From contig CAZNZM010000014.1 of NCBI GenBank assembly GCA_964577555.1, forward strand, positions 1 to 6,038: a DNA stretch of 6,038 nucleotides, written 5' to 3'. Shown piece after piece: positions 6,019 through 6,038 of the stretch. Position numbers and translations under genes: made by a program. Under the pieces are notes generated by a model, which had not been told where the DNA came from, made no database searches, and saw only the letters and a list, made by a program, of their open reading frames with translations. Within the stretch, counting starts at the first letter, position 1. Each line of letters opens with the position of its first letter. This DNA comes from an uncultured archaeon (GTDB lineage: Archaea > Iainarchaeota > Iainarchaeia > Iainarchaeales > Iainarchaeaceae).

Positions 6019-6036
6019 GTTGAGCCATATTTTGTC
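6019..6036 (+). repeat. Intergenic motif, degenerate copy: GTTGAGCCATATTTTGTC
   Basis: TGAGCC core, short T-tract and GTC end, adjacent to the previous copy. Confidence 0.35.
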
Positions 6037-6038
6037 AT

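Noticed and set aside
5961-6038. Possible terminal inverted repeat or mobile-element end
   Set aside because: The motif copies are all in direct orientation, and no transposase or integrase gene or matching inverted end was seen.

Overview
AT-rich window of archaeal character. The support is an archaeal-type TBP gene, a 5S rRNA with the CCGAACCCGGAAGUUAAG core, and TTTAAA-type promoters. Nearly everything is on the minus strand. In minus-strand transcription order the window holds: a DEDDy/PolB-like 3'-5' exonuclease (5251-5820), the TATA-binding protein gene (4211-4795), a stand-alone 5S rRNA (about 4058-4175) with its own TATA box, an EamA/DMT-type permease (2967-3887), a HypC-type chaperone (2740-2958), a 181-aa protein with a C-terminal HypC-like domain (2043-2588), and the small (1476-1961) and large (170-1483) subunits of a cytosolic-type [NiFe] hydrogenase. 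A possible 97-aa membrane protein lies on the plus strand (4951-5244). The most interesting observations are: (i) a compact hydrogenase locus with two different HypC-like proteins, one having its HypC Cys buried behind an uncharacterised N-terminal domain; (ii) a small subunit whose expected N-terminal CxxC is replaced by an adjacent CC; (iii) an intergenic motif, G[T/C]GAGCC[G/A]-T-tract-GT(C), present in at least four good and two weaker copies, all in one orientation; (iv) helically spaced TTTAAA hexamers upstream of the TBP gene. No CRISPR array, transposase or toxin/defence system was seen.
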